Origin: Octopus sinensis
Lineage: Eukaryota
DNA length: 57,149 nucleotides
NCBI RefSeq assembly: GCF_006345805.1
Contig: NW_021833627.1
Span: forward strand, 1 to 57,149
Direction of reading: 5' to 3'
Shown here: positions 51,791 to 57,149 of the stretch, piece by piece
Layout: each line of letters begins with the position of its first letter
Position numbering within the stretch: the first letter of the stretch is position 1
Made by a program: the position numbers and the translations under genes
Notes under the pieces: generated by a model
The model's database searches: none
What the model was told of the DNA's origin: nothing
Seen by the model: the letters and a program-made list of their open reading frames with translations, nothing else

Positions 51791-52723
51791 TCACAATGTT
51801 TTCTGTGGTTTTAGGCTAAGTCAGCCTTGAAATAGGCGCAGCATATGGCCTCTTTGTAAATTGGACATTTTTAAGGCTTCTTTTGTACATGGCATGATTA
51901 AACAGTTACATATAGAACCTGAAACATATAAATGTCAATTAATAAAAAAATATAAACCTCTTCAAGTTAAAATAACCATAAAACAATGTGTTAATGGGTA
52001 TCTATTTACTTTTGTCATGTTTGTGTACAACTGTATCATTTGTTAGAACTGCACTTTGAAAGAAAAAAGAAAACCTTTAGTAGAAAATTAGCATTAGCTA
52101 CGACAATGTTACCCAACTATTAAATCTTATATTTTTCAAACTCATGCTAGGATGGAAAAATGAACGTAGATATGAGACTTATTTTTACACATGTATTGAT
52201 GCATATAAAACATGAAATTATGTTGTCTACATACTTAAATACTTGCAATTAATTCATTGTAAGAACATAGAAATTTGACAGGTTTTCTTGAGTTGTTGCT
52301 CATCTACAATAATCTGATAAGTTTGAGGTTATTGTTGGTTGCATAAGATTGTCATTGAATTTTCTCTCGACAGAAAATATCTATCATTTTATCCATACTA
52401 GCATGGGTTGTGTGTGTCATGTTGATATCTGTTTCAGTTTAATTCCCTCTGAATAGTTTCTTTTTTTTGTGTTTATGCAATATTCTGTGTTCTTAGTTTT
52501 CACTTTTACCACAATTTTGCTCATTTTCCTCTATTTGTTTCTTTTTGTTTTTACAAATATAGAAGTAGTACTTGCTTCAGTTTCTCATTATATTTTGTTA
52601 AATATTTTTGAATTTGAAATATTAAAATTGATTTCACTGGAAATGAAAATTCAATGTATAAAATTAACTTTAAACTAGATGTTCAGCATAAAATGCAAAA
52701 GTTTTACAAAAAGAATTGTCCTC

Positions 52724-55700
52724 ATCATCATCATCATTTAATGTCCATTATCTATGCTGGCTTGGGTTGGACAGTTTCATCAGGGCTGGTAAGCTGAGGG
52801 TCTGCAGCAGACTCCAGTCTTGATTTGTCATTGTTTCTATGGCTGGATGCCTTCTTAACATCAAGCACTCCATGAGTGTTGTGGGCAGGGGTTGTGAAAA
52901 AATTAATTGATGGGAATTAATTACAATTATTGTCTTCTAAGGCACAGCATGTCATGAAAGGTGTCAGTCATTAGTCATTGCCTTTATAAGTTCCAACAGT
53001 CAAAGATCATGCATTACCACCTTGTCCAATGCCTTCTTATGTCTACTTCTTCTGCCATGTAGCATAGTTGTCTGCACAGGTATAATAAATCTGGCTTTCA
53101 CTCTGAAGGAGAGACCCTTAGTTACCAAACAGAGGAAGGAGCTCTCTGAATTTGCTCAGCCTATTTTTATTCTTGCAGCCACACTCTTGGTTCATCCACC
53201 TCTGCTACTGACTTTGTTGCTCAACAATCTTTATCGTACTCCTCTGGTATTTGATGAAGCCCATTTTCTGTACACTTTTAGTGTTTACTGTACATGTGCA
53301 CCTTCCACATACAAAAAATATTTTCCCAGTTTACCTTCCTCTGATATTGCTACACCTATTATGTGTTATACAGAGTACATCTACCTACCTGTTTCCTTCA
53401 TATTGAGGATGGCCATGTACCTGAAGGGCTTTACGATTTATCTGTTTTCCTACTTACTAAGACTTTGGGTTATGGTTGGGTAGGTTAATTCTGTGACCTT
53501 TCAATTCTAGATCTTGCTTCCGTACGCACAATTTGTTCTCTAGTTCTGGTAGTGATTTAGCTATAAGAAGAAGCTCATTAGTAAATAAGTGTGAAAACTC
53601 TTTGCTTTCACAAACACTTTATGTACACTGATTGAAGCAATGAAAAAAAAGGTCCTCGGTATACCTGAAACGTGAAGGAAAATATTTGGATAATGAAACT
53701 AATAATGTATGGCTAATTGAATGTAATGTAATAAATGATAATATATGAGTGTTCAGTTGTCATCCTCTATGCCCTCCCCAATTCCTTTGAGAGAAGCAAA
53801 GAAGACTAATAATATGTATTAAATGATTAACGAAAATAATAATTAGTGCAAGAGACCCTTAATCAATATTGACGGTGTGACGATCAAGGAGCAACGTGTC
53901 AGTTGTGCATCAGGCTTTTGTGTCAGTCTTTGCGAGTCTGGCAGAGCGACAAACAGGACAATTGCTGGATGGAGGATAAACTGCATCAGGCAAGGGTCAC
54001 TTTTGGAAAGCAGGGGTTTCAAGGGGTGTTGGGGTATGACCACTTGTGGTAAAGGTGGGGTAAGTTGGCGTGGCTCTGTGGGTAGGCGGTGAGATGCATT
54101 TCTGGTCATGGTAATTTTGGAGTTGGGAAGTGGGCATTGGTGTTGCAGCTGCATGAGGTGCTGTTAAAGTCGGTTGAGAAGGTAGTCTCATCACTGGTGT
54201 TGGCGTAGGGAACGCATGTGGTCCAGACACCATGAGCAGTGGGCCATGGGGAAGAAGCAGTAGATACTTCCAGAGGAATTTTGTTGCACAGTGTGACTCA
54301 GCCTGATCCATCCACTCTCAACATGTACAGATCGAAATGACGTACATCTAAATGGCACCAGTTTTCCCCCCATTTGTAGGATTGGGTCAAACTTGGCTCT
54401 GGATTAGGACATAGTTCGAAAGAAGTGAGCATGTGTGTTTTGACAACCGTTCAGTAGCACTCATGTTGTGTTTACGCAGGTCTTCTTTTCAATAAGTCAT
54501 AGTTTCATGCCATGTGGAATGTAGCTTGTACTTGCCGGGATGGATGGGAATAAAGTATTGTATAGGGCTGCCAAAGATGCACATGGCTGGGGACAAGTGT
54601 GTGTCCCAGTCAGGTGTATTTCTTTATTGTAGCATTGTGCACTGGAAACTGTCAGTGTTAAGGAAGCCATTGGTGTCAGTGTTGTCTGTAACGAGGCCCT
54701 TTATTGTCTCAATACCGACTTTGGCGCGGCAGTTGTCATGGGGAAATGCAATGGCGGCGATTCTCCCCAATTGTGGAAGAAGGTACAATGTCAGCTCATA
54801 GCTGATAGGGCAGTGTTAAGTGCCTGTGCGCCATTCGATGCTCCTTTAAGATGGTTTTCCAGACCTGTTAGGACATACCACCATTGTCTGTCACCAATTG
54901 ACAGATGTACCAATGGGAATTGGCTTGATAACTCCAAGTGGAACATTCCGGTCGAGACCTACGTTTACTTCCTCTTGCCAATGAACCAGGACTGGTATGG
55001 GCGTATGGTGGGCGACTGGTTTAGCATTAAGCGGATCGGTTGGTCAGACATCTTGGAGAATTGCCGATGGTTGCAGACGTTGAATGTGCTGGAGCTGTAG
55101 TATTGTAGCAGCTACTTCCTCAGGCGACAACGTTTTTCCTCAGTGGCTGGGAATGGTAGTGTAGTTGGATGAGGGGGTTGTATTTGTTGTAGGTGGCAGG
55201 TGCATACATTCTGTGTCATTGTTGCAGATGATCGATGAGGCTTGTCAGTACTCTCTCCCATGGATTGTTTACAGGCCAACTCATGGCACAATCAGGTGCA
55301 GGACAGGGTACATTGGTCATACTGACTCGCTTTTTGTCATAAATAAGTCTGACAACTGTTTGCTTTCACCAATATTTTACGCAGTCTGAAGCAGTGAGTA
55401 AAGGGTCTTCAGTATACCTGAAATGTGAAGGGAAAGATGATGGATAATAAAATGAATAATATATGGCGAATTGAATGTAATGTAATAAATTGTAATATAT
55501 GTGTGTTTAGTTGTAATCCTGTAATCAGCATAGAGGAGTTGCTAGGGTCTGCCTGTTTTATATTTATCTGTTATTACCTGAATGATTATGATACCAACAA
55601 AAGTCAAGTACATAGGTTTATACTTGGTTAAGTACTTCTCCTGGGGTTTCTTACCAGAAATATATCATGACTGGTGTTTCTTCCTGATACAAAACCAAAT

Positions 55701-55770
55701 TGCATCTCATCTAGATTAAGTCTTTTCCTAATTAGTTGGGCTATGATCCTCTCCGTGATTTTCATCATCT
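52724..55770 (-). mobile_element. Old RTE copy split by the Gypsy insertion (52724-53581 and 55524-55770)
   Basis: MKITERIIAQLIRKRLNLDEMQFGF...QLLYAD upstream of the insertion and ELLLIAKS... downstream. Ends in a (GAT)n tail at ~52724. Confidence 0.75.
53582..55523 (-). mobile_element. Internally deleted Ty3/Gypsy LTR retrotransposon
   Basis: LTRs at 53582-53769 and 55340-55523 (~75% identical). PPT TTGGGGAGGGCA precedes the 3' LTR. TSD ATTAG (53577-81) / ATCAG (55524-28). Remnants of gag (MTNVPCPAPDC), pol (LPFPATEEN, LGVIKPIPIG) and integrase (RNTPD...LSPAMCIFG). Confidence 0.8.
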
Positions 55771-56099
55771 GAAGAAATTAGTGCCATTGCAAGCACTTTA
55801 TTTTTAAAGCATACATCAGGCATATGTTAACATATTAGCAATGAGAAAGCGCTCTAATCGATGTCTACCTATATACATACATATATTGACTTTCAAATGT
55901 TGGTTGATATTTTGCTTGTTGTTTGCATATCATGCCTTGTATTATAGATCCCAAATGGCCAAAGGTAAGTGGTCTTTCTTATTTTGGTGTGGGTTTGCTG
56001 TTAGGATTGGTTTTCAGAGTTTAGTCTATATTAGGGTCAGCTTGAGGATTTGTGAAGGGTTTTTAGAGAGAATAGTCAAGTAAGAGATCAAAGTTTGAA

Positions 56100-56620
56100 C
56101 TAGGGGTTGGGATTTGGGGTGATAAGGAGAGTAGAGATTGAACAGGTTTATTTATAGTGTTGATAACTGTTTTATATCGGGTTTAGCATTGAAAAGCAGG
56201 GATGGGGGCTGGGTGCTTGGATAAGATGCGGATGTCGGGTTGATCCAAGTTATCTCCATGGTGGTCTTTGGCATGTTGGTAGAGTATAGAAGACTGTTTT
56301 CTGTCGTCAAGTTGTCTTAAATGTTCATTTATCCGTTCCGCAATGCTCTTAGACGTCTCCTCTATGTACATCATGTTCATGTCCTTACAAGCACTTTCTA
56401 TGCATCTTATATTGTAAACAAACTACATTTCAAGTTCTACAGTTAATACCAGGGCTAATTCTACATGCCATGCAGTTATCAATTGTGCATATGGTATTCT
56501 TAAACGGGCATGTCCTTCATAATTGTGACCTGACGGAGTTCCTTGGCTTTTCAACAATTTTAATGTTGAGTTTGGTCTCTTTCAGAGCTTTTCTAAATCT
56601 ACGGGCTAGTTCTCCATGGG
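56100..56620 (-). mobile_element. Penelope-like GIY-YIG endonuclease fragment
   Basis: NVV(Y)NIRC..C...MYIEETSKSIAERINEH (cf. VYxIxC...YIGETxRxLxxRxxEH). Confidence 0.8.
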
Positions 56621-56779
56621 CTCTGGCCTCTACTAATATCACTCCTTGAATTTTTACTGGTGAGTGTGTATTTAATAATAAGGCACTAAAAGAGAAAGAC
56701 TATCCCCAGACATAACAGAATATACACTGTTTTCTTGTCCGGTTAACAAACAGTAGTGTCTGAATGGGAATTAGGTTGC

Positions 56780-56909
56780 TTACCTAACAAATGTTTTCGA
56801 GTTCAGTCCCACTGGGTGGCATGTTGGGCAAATGTCTTCTACAATAGTCTCGGGACGACCAAAGCCTTGTAAGTGGATTTGGGAGACGGAAACTAAAAGA
56901 AGACTGTCG

Positions 56910-56952
<43 letters not shown>

Positions 56953-57110
56953 TATATGTAGCAGTAAGAGTGGCTATGTAGCTTGCTTTCCAAACACGGT
57001 GTTTCTGGTTCAGTCCAACTGCGTGGCTCCATGGGCAAGTGTCTTCCAATATAGCCTCGGACAGACCAACGTTTCTGAGTAGATTTGGTACACGGAAACA
57101 GAAAGTAGCC
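56780..57110 (+). mobile_element. Two tRNA-headed SINE remnants separated by (TA)n
   Basis: GTTCAGTCC(C/A)ACTG...TGGGCAA(A/G)TGTCTTC...ATAG(T/C)CTCGG occurs twice, and similarly at 44160 and 49790. Confidence 0.65.
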
Positions 57111-57149
57111 CGTGGTATATAGATAGGTATATATATATATATATATAGA

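Overview
AT-rich, repeat-dense animal genomic DNA, most likely an octopus. This is inferred from the (TA)n/(CA)n arrays, the RTE/SINE tails ending in (GAT)n and the TE mix, not from a database match. No rRNA, tRNA or CRISPR features were seen. Host genes appear only as + strand exons: three in-phase internal exons of USP24 (42168-45640) and one isolated THUMPD3-like exon (17046-17133). The rest is nested TEs: CR1-like LINEs, RTE LINEs, Penelope-like remnants (one with a type I hammerhead ribozyme), Tc1/mariner elements, an internally deleted Gypsy element and SINEs. The most striking structure is 17698-33030. Two near full-length Tx1-like LINEs sit head-to-tail, each bounded by the same 15-16 bp sequence (TTTTGAAGCGAGTGG(G)). 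That sequence lies ~30 bp downstream of a TATA box, inside a duplicated ~335 bp block that runs into the 5' end of a near-intact RTE LINE. This suggests a sequence-specific retrotransposon that targets the start site of another repeat, possibly the RTE's own promoter monomer. Many frameshifts fall in homopolymers and may be long-read errors. Identity estimates are by eye, and boundaries of degenerate elements are approximate.
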